A DNA stretch of 64,000 nt, from the NCBI GenBank assembly GCA_964643995.1, contig CAZXUJ010000001.1, forward strand, positions 209,492 to 273,491, given 5' to 3'. The translations under genes and the position numbers were made by a program. The notes under the pieces were generated by a model. The model worked only from the letters and a program-made list of their open reading frames with translations, was not told the DNA's origin and did not search any database. The DNA comes from an uncultured Candidatus Saccharibacteria bacterium. GTDB lineage: Bacteria; Patescibacteriota; WWE3; UBA101185; UBA10185. The stretch's first letter is position 1, and every line of letters starts with the position of its first letter. Of the stretch, positions 29,134 to 38,933 are shown one piece after another.

Positions 29134-30027
29134 ATGTACTTTAAGAAACTAAATATAGATGACCTTAATGAGATAGCTGCCTTTACTAATCAATTTGCAC
29201 CCTACTCAGACTTCAACCCAACCTCACTATGGATATGGAATACAAACGAAAAAGCGGAATATCGGCTACAAAATAACGTGTTAGTGATAAGAATCCCAGA
29301 CTACCTAAATCCAGATGAACATGTTATTAGTCTACTTGGAAAAGAAAATGTGGATAAAGTACTGATCGAAATTATTGAAGAATGGCCAAATCTGCAAGCA
29401 AATCATTTATCTATGGTGCCACACACGACTGTAGAGGCTATTGACCCACAGATTAGAAAAGAATTACAAATAGAAGAGGATGAAAACAATCACGATTATA
29501 TATACGAACTTGAAAACCTGATAAATCCAACAGGAAATAAACTGAAAAGCGTAAGAAGAAAATTAAACAAATTCGCTGTTCATAACTCAAGTATTTCGGT
29601 TAGAGAACTAGATATAGGTATTAAAGAAAATCAAGAAATTATTTTAAACATGTTCGACGAGTGGGTTAAGGTAACTGAAAAAGGTGACGACACAATAGAG
29701 AATGATAAACAATCTCTGAAAAGGACTCTAGAGTATTCTAAAATGTTTGACTTGATAACTATTGGAGTGTTTGTTAACGAAAGGATGATTGGGTTCACAA
29801 TCAGTGAACTGCTTCCAAACAACTATGTGATCGGACACAAAGGCGCATACAATTATATGTATGATGGAATCAATCAATTTCTTGAGCAACAAACCGCACT
29901 GCATGCATCACAACGAGGCAAAAAATTTCTTAATCTGGAGCAGGACCTAGGAATAGAATCTTTGAGGGCTTCTAAAAGACTTCTAAGACACGTACACTAT
30001 TTAAAGAAATATATAATTAGGTTTTAG
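29134..30027 (+). CDS. DUF2156-like protein (MprF C-terminal / FemABX-like aminoacyl-transferase fold candidate)
   Basis: The N-terminal FNPTSLWIWN motif resembles the DUF2156 SFxNLxxW signature. The 297 aa size fits standalone DUF2156 proteins. It ends 5 nt before the histidine kinase gene. Confidence 0.4.
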   Translation: MYFKKLNIDDLNEIAAFTNQFAPYSDFNPTSLWIWNTNEKAEYRLQNNVLVIRIPDYLNPDEHVISLLGKENVDKVLIEIIEEWPNLQANHLSMVPHTTVEAIDPQIRKELQIEEDENNHDYIYELENLINPTGNKLKSVRRKLNKFAVHNSSISVRELDIGIKENQEIILNMFDEWVKVTEKGDDTIENDKQSLKRTLEYSKMFDLITIGVFVNERMIGFTISELLPNNYVIGHKGAYNYMYDGINQFLEQQTALHASQRGKKFLNLEQDLGIESLRASKRLLRHVHYLKKYIIRF

Positions 30028-30032
30028 GAGAA

Positions 30033-31214
30033 ATGTCAGATACACCTGCCGTCCAAATTAACCCGCAAGATATAGAACTAACGCAAGAGCTTTACAAGCG
30101 CAATTTGGAATTGTTCAAAGAAAGACGCCGCTTCGAGGAATTACTATATAGGATTTCAGAGGGAATATATGCCACCGATGAAAACTATAACATTACGATT
30201 TTTAACCATACTCTAGAAATAATGACCGGGGTAAAAGCTCAGGACGCTATCGGGAAAAACGTTGCCAGCCTAATTCAGCTTACTGAGGACGATGGCACAC
30301 CTATAGATATAATAAAATATACAGATCCGAGCCAAAATCAAGACACAGTTACAAAATACGCAGTCCTAAAAAACGGAAATAAAACCTATTACGTACATAT
30401 AAAAGCCTCACTAATTGAAACAAAAACGGAAGGAAGGGAGTTTCTAGTAACCATTAGTGACGTAACACAAGAAAAAGAACTGGAAAAAGAAAAGGATGAA
30501 TTTATATCTATCACATCACACGAACTTAAAACTCCAATATCCATAATTAAGAGCTACCTATGGATGCTAGAGTCCGGTAGAGGTGGATCAATGACCGAAA
30601 AACAAATGTTGTATATAAGCAAGGCATCAAAAGGCACTGATAGGATGATTAATCTTATTAATGACATGCTTAAAGTCTCAAGAATGGAACAAGGTCGCCT
30701 TGAATTCTCTTATGAACAAATTGATATCAAAAAAACAATAGAAGACACTACAGATGAATTTAAATTGATACTTGATCAAAAGCACCTTGAACTCAAGATG
30801 GAACTACAGGAAACAAAGGGAGTATACACTGACAAGGCCAAAATAATAGAAATTCTTATGAACTTGATTAGTAATGCTACAAAATACACTGATGAGGGAT
30901 TTATACAGATTAAACTTGAACCATACAATAACGACTTCGCTAAGATTAGCGTCAAAGATACTGGGCGTGGAATATCAGAAGAAGAAACTAAAAAACTTTT
31001 CCAAAAATTTCAGCGACTTGATAACTCTTATGAAACTATGGCAAAAGCAGGAGGTACTGGATTGGGACTTTATATCACCAAAATGTATATGAATAATCTT
31101 GGAGGAAGCATCGGTGTTGAATCAGAAGGACTCGGAAAAGGTAGTACTTTCTGGATCTTATTGCCTTTTAATCAAGAAACCATCAAAAAAGGCGGGCCAG
31201 AAGCCCGCCTTTAG
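30033..31214 (+). CDS. Cytoplasmic PAS-domain sensor histidine kinase
   Basis: No TM helix is predicted. There is an N-terminal PAS-like region. The HisKA domain has ITSHELKTPISIIKSY with the phospho-acceptor His. The HATPase_c domain has N-box NLISNATKYTDEG, G1 DTGRGISEEE and G2 GGTGLGLYI. Confidence 0.85.
   Translation: MSDTPAVQINPQDIELTQELYKRNLELFKERRRFEELLYRISEGIYATDENYNITIFNHTLEIMTGVKAQDAIGKNVASLIQLTEDDGTPIDIIKYTDPSQNQDTVTKYAVLKNGNKTYYVHIKASLIETKTEGREFLVTISDVTQEKELEKEKDEFISITSHELKTPISIIKSYLWMLESGRGGSMTEKQMLYISKASKGTDRMINLINDMLKVSRMEQGRLEFSYEQIDIKKTIEDTTDEFKLILDQKHLELKMELQETKGVYTDKAKIIEILMNLISNATKYTDEGFIQIKLEPYNNDFAKISVKDTGRGISEEETKKLFQKFQRLDNSYETMAKAGGTGLGLYITKMYMNNLGGSIGVESEGLGKGSTFWILLPFNQETIKKGGPEARL
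31185..31212. terminator. GC-rich hairpin (GGCGGGC-cagaa-GCCCGCC) flanked by A6 on one side and TTT on the other. On the minus strand it reads as hairpin plus U6, an intrinsic terminator for hup. It may also end the HK transcript.
   Basis: The perfect 7-bp GC stem at 31191..31209 is directly visible. A6 lies at 31185..31190 and TTT at 31210..31212. It sits 24-48 nt downstream of the hup stop and overlaps the last codons of the HK gene. Confidence 0.6.
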
Positions 31215-31232
31215 AAAAGCTTTCAGATATTA

Positions 31233-31505
31233 CTATCTGACAGCATCCTTCAAACCTTTTCCAGATTTGAAAGCAGGTGTTCTGGTCTCAGGAATTCTAA
31301 GAGGAGCACCAGTCTGAGGATTTCTTCCCATTCTTGCGGCTCTTGTTCTTACTTCGAATGTACCAAATCCTGTTAAGGTGACTTTTTCACCTCTTGCTAA
31401 GGCATCAGATACTATTGCATAAAATGCATCTAATACCTTTGCTGCATCTACCTTTGTTAAACCAGCTCTATCAGCTAAAGCGTTTATTACGTGTTGTTTT
31501 GTCAT
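31233..31505 (-). CDS. hup: HU family DNA-binding protein
   Basis: The 90 aa protein contains GFGTFEVRTRAARMGRNPQTGAPLRIPETRTPAFKSGKGLKDAV, the HU arm signature. Confidence 0.9.
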   Translation of the reverse strand: MTKQHVINALADRAGLTKVDAAKVLDAFYAIVSDALARGEKVTLTGFGTFEVRTRAARMGRNPQTGAPLRIPETRTPAFKSGKGLKDAVR

Positions 31506-31562
31506 TTTTAAGCACCCCCTTTCAATCTAAAACTGCCTGCGGACTTAGTTAAACTATACAAA

Positions 31563-32342
31563 TCAAAGATATTTGTCATATCTTTCAATTGTATTTTCAG
31601 ATGTATCTATTATTACACTTCTTAAAGCCTTTTTTCCAGTAGTTTCCCATTCAAATCGTTGATTCTGTGCAGTTAGCATCAACTTCTGAATTATTTCGGT
31701 CTTAACTCCAAGCACTGAATCAACGTTTCCGGTCATACCAATATCGGTCACATAGGCCGTACCTTTAGGCAAAATCCTATGGTCACACGTAGGCACATGT
31801 GTATGAGTTCCGACTATTACATCTACACGGCCATCAAAATAAAACGCAAAAGCGTATTTCTCGCTAGTTGCCTCGGCGTGGAAATCAATAATACGTAATA
31901 CTATATTTTCAGATTTTGTATCTTCAAGAATTTTATCAACAGTCCTAAAGGGATCTTCAAGGTAACTGTAAGGACCTCCAAAGGATGTGCGTCCCATAAC
32001 ATTCATTAGTAAAACCTTGCCTAACCTACCAAGGTCTATAAACGTATATCCGGTCCCAGCAGTATCTCCTGGATAATTGGCAGGGCGTAAAACTGGGGCA
32101 TGCTCTAAGAGGTCATCAGTATTTTTTTGCCAAAAAACGTGATCACCACTAGTAAAGTAGTTAATTCCACAGTCTTGCATTTCTTTAAGGGTATCGGCGG
32201 TAATACCACGCCCTTGCGCGAGGTTTTCAGCGTTGGCTAAAACTAAGTCAGGTGACAAATCTTTAATTAGTTGCGGTAAGACTTCTCTTACGGCGTTTCT
32301 ACCAGGTTCAGCTACTATATCTCCGATGTAAATTATTTTCAT
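31563..32342 (-). CDS. ymdB: YmdB-like metallophosphoesterase (2',3'-cyclic-nucleotide phosphodiesterase family)
   Basis: The N-terminus MKIIYIGDIVAEPGRNAV matches the YmdB N-terminus, and the conserved placement downstream of rny supports the call. Confidence 0.8.
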   Translation of the reverse strand: MKIIYIGDIVAEPGRNAVREVLPQLIKDLSPDLVLANAENLAQGRGITADTLKEMQDCGINYFTSGDHVFWQKNTDDLLEHAPVLRPANYPGDTAGTGYTFIDLGRLGKVLLMNVMGRTSFGGPYSYLEDPFRTVDKILEDTKSENIVLRIIDFHAEATSEKYAFAFYFDGRVDVIVGTHTHVPTCDHRILPKGTAYVTDIGMTGNVDSVLGVKTEIIQKLMLTAQNQRFEWETTGKKALRSVIIDTSENTIERYDKYL

Positions 32343-32551
32343 TATGTGATCTTTCTTACTTTAAACTTGTCAATCACAAACAGGCCATATACATTAACCG
32401 ACTCCATTGTTGATTTTATAAGCAAAAAGATCAAAAGTCCAATAATTAGCAATAAAAATAAGCTCAAACAACCCTTCACTACCCCACTAACTATGTGAGT
32501 TATAACATAAACTATTACCAATGAAAGCAATAAAAACAATAAGTAGAACAT
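32342..32551 (-). CDS. Small membrane protein (69 aa, 2 TM), hypothetical
   Basis: It is wedged between rny (2-nt gap) and ymdB (1-nt overlap) and is strongly hydrophobic. Confidence 0.35.
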   Translation of the reverse strand: MFYLLFLLLSLVIVYVITHIVSGVVKGCLSLFLLLIIGLLIFLLIKSTMESVNVYGLFVIDKFKVRKIT

Positions 32552-32552
32552 T

Positions 32553-34091
32553 CTATCTTGCTGTCGCCGACACTCTAGTTTCCCTTATGGCAATAACCTT
32601 TACCACACCTGGATAGGTTTGCTCGAGTTCAATTTTCTTTGCAATCTCACGAGCTAATAAAGCTGTAGAGTCATCGTCTACTTTTTCTGGAGATACAAAC
32701 ACTCTAACTTCTCTGCCAGCAGATACTGCAAAAGCTTTTTGAACACCATCAAAGGATAAAGCTGCCTCTTCTAGACTCTGCATACGCTGGACATAAGCTT
32801 CATAGTCTTCGGAACGAGCACCAGGCCTAGCACCACTTATATGATCTGCTAGCGCAACTATTGCCGACTCAATTGAACTAAAAGGTCTATCCTCATGGTG
32901 TTCGGCTACCGCGTTTACGACTGCCTCTGCGACTTTAAACTTCTTTAGCAAGTCTACACCTAAGTCAACATGGGTTCCCTCTTCATCATTTACGATCTTA
33001 CCGATGTCATGAAACAAACATCCCAGTTTTACTACTTCTACATTTGCATTTAGTTCATGGGCAATCGCTACACCAATACGTGTCTCTTCCAAAGTATGCT
33101 CAATCATATTTTGACCATAGGAGAAGCGGTATTTGAACTTACCTAACATTTTCACCAAATCCTTTGGAATATCGTAAACACCTACTCTATGACAAAGGTT
33201 ATCCCCTTCCTTGTGAATAAGATGATCAATCTCCTTTTTTGTGTCTTCAATTATTTCTTCAATACGAGATGGTTGAATTCTTCCGTCTGCAATCAATCTT
33301 TCTAATGCAACTTTTGCAATTTCTCGTCTGATAGGATCAAACGAAGAAACTATGATCTCGCCGGGAGCGGAATCTAAATCTAGTTCAACCCCAGTTAATT
33401 CTTCAAATTTTTGAATGTTGCGACCTTCTTTGCCAATTATTCTTCCCTTAATTTCCTCTTCAGGAAGCTTAACTTTTGAGGTTGTATATTGAACTACATA
33501 GTCGGTAGCACCGTGACGCATAGCATCTACGAGTATCTCTTGAGCTAAAGTATCTTTATTTTTTCTGATTTCTTCTTCAATTTCTCTTATTCTCTTGCTT
33601 TTTTCTTCAGCTAACTCCTTATCATAAACGCGCAACAACTCTGTACGGGCTTCATCACGGGTTAAGTTAGATACCTTTTCTAACTCCTCTTGCTTTTTCT
33701 TAGCTGCAGTTTCAATCACCTCAGCGTTTTTCTTGATCTTTAACTGAAGATTTTTAATCTCTTCCTGTTTTTCTACCTGATCCTTCTCCATTACTTTTAA
33801 TTCTGTTGCTTTTATGTCAAGTTCTTTTTCACGGCGCTCGGTCTTTTTTCTCAGTTCATCAGCACTCTTCTCAGCCTCGGATTTTATTCTCAAAGCCTCA
33901 TCACGAGCTTCGATTATTAGCTCCTTAGCTTTTGCACGCGCCTCCAAGACTAAGGTCTGTTTAGATACAGCCTCAGCATCTGGTTCCTGTGGGATTTGTT
34001 TTTTTTCCAGAGATTTTCTTGTAAGTAAATAATAGGCACCAATACCTAACAAAGGTGATACCAGCACTATAATAAATGTGTATAAATCCAT
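32553..34091 (-). CDS. rny: Ribonuclease Y
   Basis: An N-terminal TM helix is followed by an E/K-rich coiled coil, a KH domain (GRIIGKEGRNIQKFEELTGVELDLD) and an HD domain (CLFHDIGK). Confidence 0.9.
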   Translation of the reverse strand: MDLYTFIIVLVSPLLGIGAYYLLTRKSLEKKQIPQEPDAEAVSKQTLVLEARAKAKELIIEARDEALRIKSEAEKSADELRKKTERREKELDIKATELKVMEKDQVEKQEEIKNLQLKIKKNAEVIETAAKKKQEELEKVSNLTRDEARTELLRVYDKELAEEKSKRIREIEEEIRKNKDTLAQEILVDAMRHGATDYVVQYTTSKVKLPEEEIKGRIIGKEGRNIQKFEELTGVELDLDSAPGEIIVSSFDPIRREIAKVALERLIADGRIQPSRIEEIIEDTKKEIDHLIHKEGDNLCHRVGVYDIPKDLVKMLGKFKYRFSYGQNMIEHTLEETRIGVAIAHELNANVEVVKLGCLFHDIGKIVNDEEGTHVDLGVDLLKKFKVAEAVVNAVAEHHEDRPFSSIESAIVALADHISGARPGARSEDYEAYVQRMQSLEEAALSFDGVQKAFAVSAGREVRVFVSPEKVDDDSTALLAREIAKKIELEQTYPGVVKVIAIRETRVSATAR

Positions 34092-34435
34092 AATCCTCCT
34101 AAAAATTTATTTTGTAGATGGAAATTTATGTATATATGTGGAAAGACGTTGTTTTATATGTCTATAATTCCAGTTTATCGCACAAAGAATCATAAAATAA
34201 AACGCTATTCTGGCACTCACACTAACCATCAAAGACACAAAATGGTAAAAACTAAGCAACATGACTAGGTTCATAAGCTTTGGGAAGGACATAGTATCAT
34301 TACTACGCTTAATATACCTTACAGAAACTCTATCTGCATAACTTGAAATTCTTTTCATTTTTAGACCATTAAGGTTTGCCAAAATATCCATAAGATCTCC
34401 AACTATGATGATTTTAGGGTAGATCAAAAAGGCTG

Positions 34436-34903
34436 TCAAATAGTCTCTAAAGCCTGCGATACACAATCAAAGGTGAATCCTTTCCGTAACAGATAGTTTT
34501 TCATCTTGTCTTTAGGTAGATTTTTTTTATTTACAAGGCGTTTTACAATTTCAAGTTGTCTAGGTAAATCGTAATTTAACAGCGCAGTAACAGTGTTTTC
34601 TGAGGACACGCCCTTTCGCATAAGGAACGCGCGAACTTCGTTTGGACTTTTTGGTTGATTGGAAGAAAATTGCTCTTCAATATACTTTTTGGCAAAATTA
34701 AGATCCGAAAACAAACCTTGTTCCGAGAGCTCTGCTAGCAGCTGAGACGTTAACTCTTCCCGATTTTCTGGTGAAAGGTCCGGATAATCGTCCAGGTATA
34801 TACCTATTTTCTCTTGTATCTCATATGATGTTCTAAGACGAAAACCCACATATTCTAATAGATGTGAACGACACCTTTGATAAATATCCTCTTTACTAGA
34901 CAT
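34436..34903 (-). CDS. recX: RecX-like regulatory protein
   Basis: The 155 aa helical protein starts in a TAATG-type overlap with the recA stop. This position directly downstream of recA is conserved. Confidence 0.55.
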   Translation of the reverse strand: MSSKEDIYQRCRSHLLEYVGFRLRTSYEIQEKIGIYLDDYPDLSPENREELTSQLLAELSEQGLFSDLNFAKKYIEEQFSSNQPKSPNEVRAFLMRKGVSSENTVTALLNYDLPRQLEIVKRLVNKKNLPKDKMKNYLLRKGFTFDCVSQALETI

Positions 34904-36012
34904 TATTCTTCAGTAAAACTGGTTTCCTCTGGGTCAGAACTAGTGTCTGTGGTAATTTTCAGAGGTACTTCTTTACCATCAGCTAGCAATGATCTGACGT
35001 TTTTTTCTATATCTGAATAAAGCTTCGCGTTCTGTCGCAGGGTTTGCTTTGCGGCCTCTTTACCTTGGCCAAGTTTCTCACCTGAGTACTCATACCATGC
35101 GCCACTCTTCTTTACTACGCCTAATTCAACACCAACATCAATGAGATTACCTTCCTTACTAATACCCTCGTTAAACATGATATCGAACTCAGCAACTCTA
35201 AATGGCGGTGCAACCTTATTTTTTACAACCTTTACACGTGCGCGTATTCCTGAAACCTCTACCCCCTCTTTTAAGCTTTGAACGCGCCTAATTTCTAATC
35301 GTACAGATGCATAAAATTTAAGAGCACGACCACCCGGAGTAACTTCTGGATTTCCAAACATGACTCCAACTTTCATTCTCAGCTGATTGGTGAATATAAC
35401 AGTACAATTGGATCTACTTACGGCACCTGTTATCTTACGTAAAGCATGACTCATCAACCGAGCTTGTAAAGCTATATGACTGTCACCAATATCACCCTCT
35501 ATCTCAGCACGTGGCGTTAGGGCTGCAACGGAATCTATGGCAACAACAGAGACTGCATTGGATCTTATTAAAGTTTCGGCTATTTCTAGAGCTTGCTCAC
35601 CGGTATCAGGCTGTGAGATCAAAAGATTTTCAACATCTACACCGGTTTTTTCTGCATATATGGGGTCAAAAGCATGTTCCGCATCAATCAAGGCAGCAAC
35701 ACCACCTTGTTTTTGGGCTTCGGCAATAATATGTTGTACTAATGTGGTTTTACCGGAGGATTCAGGGCCATAAATTTCCACAATTCTTCCTTTAGGAATA
35801 CCACCAATACCCAAAGCGATATCTAACGCAATAGACCCTGTTGGTATGACCTCAATACCTGTACTAGCAGGGCGATCGCCTAGTTTCATAATAGACCCCT
35901 TACCAAAAGACTTCTCAATCTGAGCAAGTGCCGAATCTAGGGCTAGTCTCTTATTTTTATCAGTACTGGAGTCTACTTTATCGAGCTTGGAAGAATTTGT
36001 ATTTTTTGACAT
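34903..36012 (-). CDS. recA: Recombinase RecA
   Basis: Walker [21 protein letters not shown], and the L2 loop [30 protein letters not shown] are all present. Confidence 0.95.
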   Translation of the reverse strand: MSKNTNSSKLDKVDSSTDKNKRLALDSALAQIEKSFGKGSIMKLGDRPASTGIEVIPTGSIALDIALGIGGIPKGRIVEIYGPESSGKTTLVQHIIAEAQKQGGVAALIDAEHAFDPIYAEKTGVDVENLLISQPDTGEQALEIAETLIRSNAVSVVAIDSVAALTPRAEIEGDIGDSHIALQARLMSHALRKITGAVSRSNCTVIFTNQLRMKVGVMFGNPEVTPGGRALKFYASVRLEIRRVQSLKEGVEVSGIRARVKVVKNKVAPPFRVAEFDIMFNEGISKEGNLIDVGVELGVVKKSGAWYEYSGEKLGQGKEAAKQTLRQNAKLYSDIEKNVRSLLADGKEVPLKITTDTSSDPEETSFTEE

Positions 36013-36141
36013 ATATCACTTTCAATTAATTACACCATTTTACGAAACCTATCAGTAACATTGTAGCAAGAAAATATGGAGCATCAATCACAAAACTCTA
36101 TAAATAATAGATATAACGAACTTGCAGAACATAGCTTAAGT

Positions 36142-36149
36142 GTTATAAT
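36142..36149 (+). promoter_or_regulatory. Extended -10-like element TGTTATAAT on the plus strand, with TTGCAG at -35 spacing, in the recA-gltX intergenic region
   Basis: The element tgttataat is at 36141..36149 and ttgcag at 36122..36127, with a 16-nt spacer. This is a pattern match only. Confidence 0.3.
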
Positions 36150-36170
36150 TCTGCCGTGGCAACAATTATA

Positions 36171-36281
36171 GAAGCAGTATTTGCACCAATAGTAGCAACA
36201 GTCGAAGCAATGGTAGGTGCGGTAGTTATCTCTATCGTTGAGGCAATGGTCTCAATAATTAAGTTTAAATAGTACTAAACA
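36171..36281 (+). repeat. Three imperfect tandem repeats of about 33-36 nt (gaagcagta..., gaagcaatggtagg..., gaggcaatggtctc...) that also encode a short repetitive hydrophobic peptide
   Basis: The repeats are directly visible. A plus-strand small ORF (GTG 36156 or ATG 36213 to TAG 36281) gives ..EAVFAPIVATV-EAMVGAVVISIV-EAMVSIIKFK. Confidence 0.3.
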
Positions 36282-37736
36282 TTACAAATTCAGTGCGTAC
36301 TGAAGTCTTTGTATACAAGCCTTTTTCCCTAATACAGCTAATGTATCGAAAAGTGGTGGTGTAGCTTTTTCTCCTGTGACTGCGATTCGAACAGTCATGA
36401 AAGCTTCTTTAGGTGTATATCCGGCGTGCTCGATACACTCATGTGATAGCTTGTCCAGATAGGCAGCTGACCAGTTAGTTTCATCCACACTTTCATATAA
36501 TTCAATAAAACCCTTTAATATAGAATGTGTTTTATCTCCTGCAAAGCTCCGCAATAAGACTGCATCCGGAATAGGAGATTCAAAAAAGTATTGAACTAAT
36601 AAACGAAATTCCTTTAGGAGTTTCATTCTCTCTTTAACCAGAGGTAACACCTGTGACAATTTTGAAGGATCATAGCTCAAAACCGGATCCGCAGGAGAAT
36701 AATTTTTACACCAAGCAAGTATCCTATCTAGTAAAACATCGTCATCTAAACTCCTAATATAAAGACCATTCATCCAAAGAAGTTTTTCTCGATCAAAAGC
36801 TACTAAATCACTTTTATGGATACGATCAATGGAAAAGCTATCTATAAACTCATCTAGCGTATACAGCTCACGATCACCCCCAGGATTCCACCCTAAGAAC
36901 ATCAAAAAATTCAGTAATGCCTCCGGTAAATAACCGTTTGCTAGAAAAGCACTTGCGGAAACATCTCCATATCGTTTGGAGAGTTTCTTATTGGCTCCAA
37001 CTTCTTTGAGGTTAGGCAAATGTCCAAAATATGGGATTTCCCAACCGAAATACTCAAATAGCAATAGCTGCTTTGGTGTAGAAGGCAACCACTCATTTCC
37101 ACGCAAGACGTGGGTAATTTTCATTAAATAATCATCTATTACGACCGCCAGGTGGTATGTAGGGTAACCATCCGATTTCATTAAGACTTGGTCATCGATC
37201 TCATCTGAGTTTATTGCAACATCACCTAAAATTAGGTCCTTCCAACGTATCTCTTTACCCTTTGGAACATTTAGCCTAATAACATAAGGAATATTTTCAT
37301 GTAGATTTTTCTCAACCTCATCTGCAGAGAGGTTCAGGCATTTTTTGTCATACCGCGTAACCTTACTCTGAGCTTCCTGCTGGGATCTCAACTCAGTTAA
37401 GCGCTCTTTACTACAGAAACAGTAGTAGGCATGGCCTGATTTGATAAGCTGTTGCACTTGCTCTCTATAGATTTCGAGACGTTCAGACTGTATATACGGT
37501 TCGTAGGGGCCACCAACATCCGGGCCCTCATCCCAACCTAAGCCGTAGGTGTGTATTACATCAATTAATCTCTCTGCAGCGCCCTCAACTTCTCGTGCAA
37601 CATCCGTGTCCTCGATACGCAGTATCATCTGGCCGTTGTTTTTTTTTGCCAACGCGTAGTTATATAAAAAAGTTCGCATACCACCGATATGGTATTCACC
37701 TGTTGGACTAGGGGCCATTCGAGTTCTAATTGTCAT
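36282..37736 (-). CDS. gltX: Glutamate--tRNA ligase
   Basis: PSPTGEYHIGGMRTF is the HIGH-class motif and KLSKR is the KMSKS motif. The ORF is 484 aa. Confidence 0.9.
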   Translation of the reverse strand: MTIRTRMAPSPTGEYHIGGMRTFLYNYALAKKNNGQMILRIEDTDVAREVEGAAERLIDVIHTYGLGWDEGPDVGGPYEPYIQSERLEIYREQVQQLIKSGHAYYCFCSKERLTELRSQQEAQSKVTRYDKKCLNLSADEVEKNLHENIPYVIRLNVPKGKEIRWKDLILGDVAINSDEIDDQVLMKSDGYPTYHLAVVIDDYLMKITHVLRGNEWLPSTPKQLLLFEYFGWEIPYFGHLPNLKEVGANKKLSKRYGDVSASAFLANGYLPEALLNFLMFLGWNPGGDRELYTLDEFIDSFSIDRIHKSDLVAFDREKLLWMNGLYIRSLDDDVLLDRILAWCKNYSPADPVLSYDPSKLSQVLPLVKERMKLLKEFRLLVQYFFESPIPDAVLLRSFAGDKTHSILKGFIELYESVDETNWSAAYLDKLSHECIEHAGYTPKEAFMTVRIAVTGEKATPPLFDTLAVLGKKACIQRLQYALNL

Positions 37737-37796
37737 GAATGGATTTTAGCATAAATCTGTTTTTAATTAACTTAGTAATAGAGTAAAATATTGATA

Positions 37797-38933
37797 ATGA
37801 ATCTCACAAGAACATCTGTCGTTTTCAGAAGAGGTGTAAACATAGTTTTAGGTATACTGGTGTTATACATAGGCTTTAAAGCGGCCTCCCCCTTTGTTAA
37901 AGATCTATATTTAAAGATTAATCCTCCAAAAAATCCTCCTACAATCGCCTATGGAATGCTCGATCCTATTGAATTTATAGAAAAGGAAACGACCGGAACT
38001 GTAAGGGAAGTTGTACTTAACACAACAAGCGGAGGGCTTCCAAGTCTACCAACTCAATTGCCGGTTTATAAATACGAAAAGCTTGAATTTTCTTATCAGG
38101 CAGGCAAGGACGCACAAGATCATGCACGAAAGCTTGGTTTCACGGATGACGAACAAGTCACTGACCTAAAAGGTAACCTATTTAGTTGGAAGGATAAGCA
38201 AACTGGGGCAATACTAGAAATTGAAATCCACACTAAAGAGCTTAGAGTACAGACCAACTTAGCAAACTTTCAATCATTGTTTAGTCCTGGAAAAATAACC
38301 ACAGCGAGTGCAGAAGGGCAAGCAAGAAGAGTACTGACCGGCATAGATAGACTTAATAACGAGCAATACTCACGTGAAACAGGAAAAGTAAGCATGGCTA
38401 AGTTCGCAAGTGGAAAGCTTGTTAAAGCAAATTCACCTTTCGAGGCCCAACTTGCAAGAGTAGATTTTTTTAGAAAAGTGCGTGATTTTCCAATACTAGG
38501 CCCAGATCCGAAAAAAGGACTGTTAAGCGTAGTTGTAGGAGTGAGTATAGGAACTGGGGCTCCTGAAGTTTTAAGTAATCCTATAATAGATTTTCATGAT
38601 TGGCCCCTTATTGAGGACGAAAATGGTACATATCCACTTATTACTGTTCAAGAAGCATGGAATGCAGTGGCAAATGAAAAACAGGGAGTCATAGCAAGTG
38701 TAATCCCTACCGATGACAGTGTGTTTGCTGAGAAACCCACACCACCAAGGGTAGATACAGTACTTATAAACAATATATATCTAGCCTATTATGATACCGA
38801 AAAACGTCAAAATTTTATGCAACCGATTTACGTATTCGAAGGGGACTACAATGTAAACGGAAAACCCGGGGGCGAGATAACACTATATTTTCCAGCCGTG
38901 CAGGGACAGTATGTAAAACCAGTAACTCAGTAG
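37797..38933 (+). CDS. Hypothetical membrane-anchored or secreted protein (about 378 aa)
   Basis: A single N-terminal TM or signal-anchor is followed by a large soluble domain with no recognised family. The ATG at 37797 is preferred over the TTG at 37791. Confidence 0.5.
   Translation: MNLTRTSVVFRRGVNIVLGILVLYIGFKAASPFVKDLYLKINPPKNPPTIAYGMLDPIEFIEKETTGTVREVVLNTTSGGLPSLPTQLPVYKYEKLEFSYQAGKDAQDHARKLGFTDDEQVTDLKGNLFSWKDKQTGAILEIEIHTKELRVQTNLANFQSLFSPGKITTASAEGQARRVLTGIDRLNNEQYSRETGKVSMAKFASGKLVKANSPFEAQLARVDFFRKVRDFPILGPDPKKGLLSVVVGVSIGTGAPEVLSNPIIDFHDWPLIEDENGTYPLITVQEAWNAVANEKQGVIASVIPTDDSVFAEKPTPPRVDTVLINNIYLAYYDTEKRQNFMQPIYVFEGDYNVNGKPGGEITLYFPAVQGQYVKPVTQ

Noticed and set aside
30874-31317. 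Small plus-strand ORFs 30874..31092 and 31099..31317 near the HK 3' end and hup
   Set aside because: The first is nested in the HK gene in another frame. The second overlaps the HK stop, the terminator and the antisense of hup.
33814-34032. Ser-rich 72-aa ORF antisense to the rny coiled-coil region
   Set aside because: The low-complexity composition mirrors the Glu/Lys-rich coiled coil on the opposite strand.
34107-34466. 119-aa ORF between rny and recX
   Set aside because: It overlaps the recX 3' end by 31 nt, has no recognisable domain, and its region should contain the rny promoter. It is left unannotated as uncertain and could be a real small membrane protein.
36013-36140. LexA/SOS box upstream of recA
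   Set aside because: Neither a CTGT-N8-ACAG nor a GAAC-N4-GTTC inverted repeat was found; only direct GAAC repeats are present.
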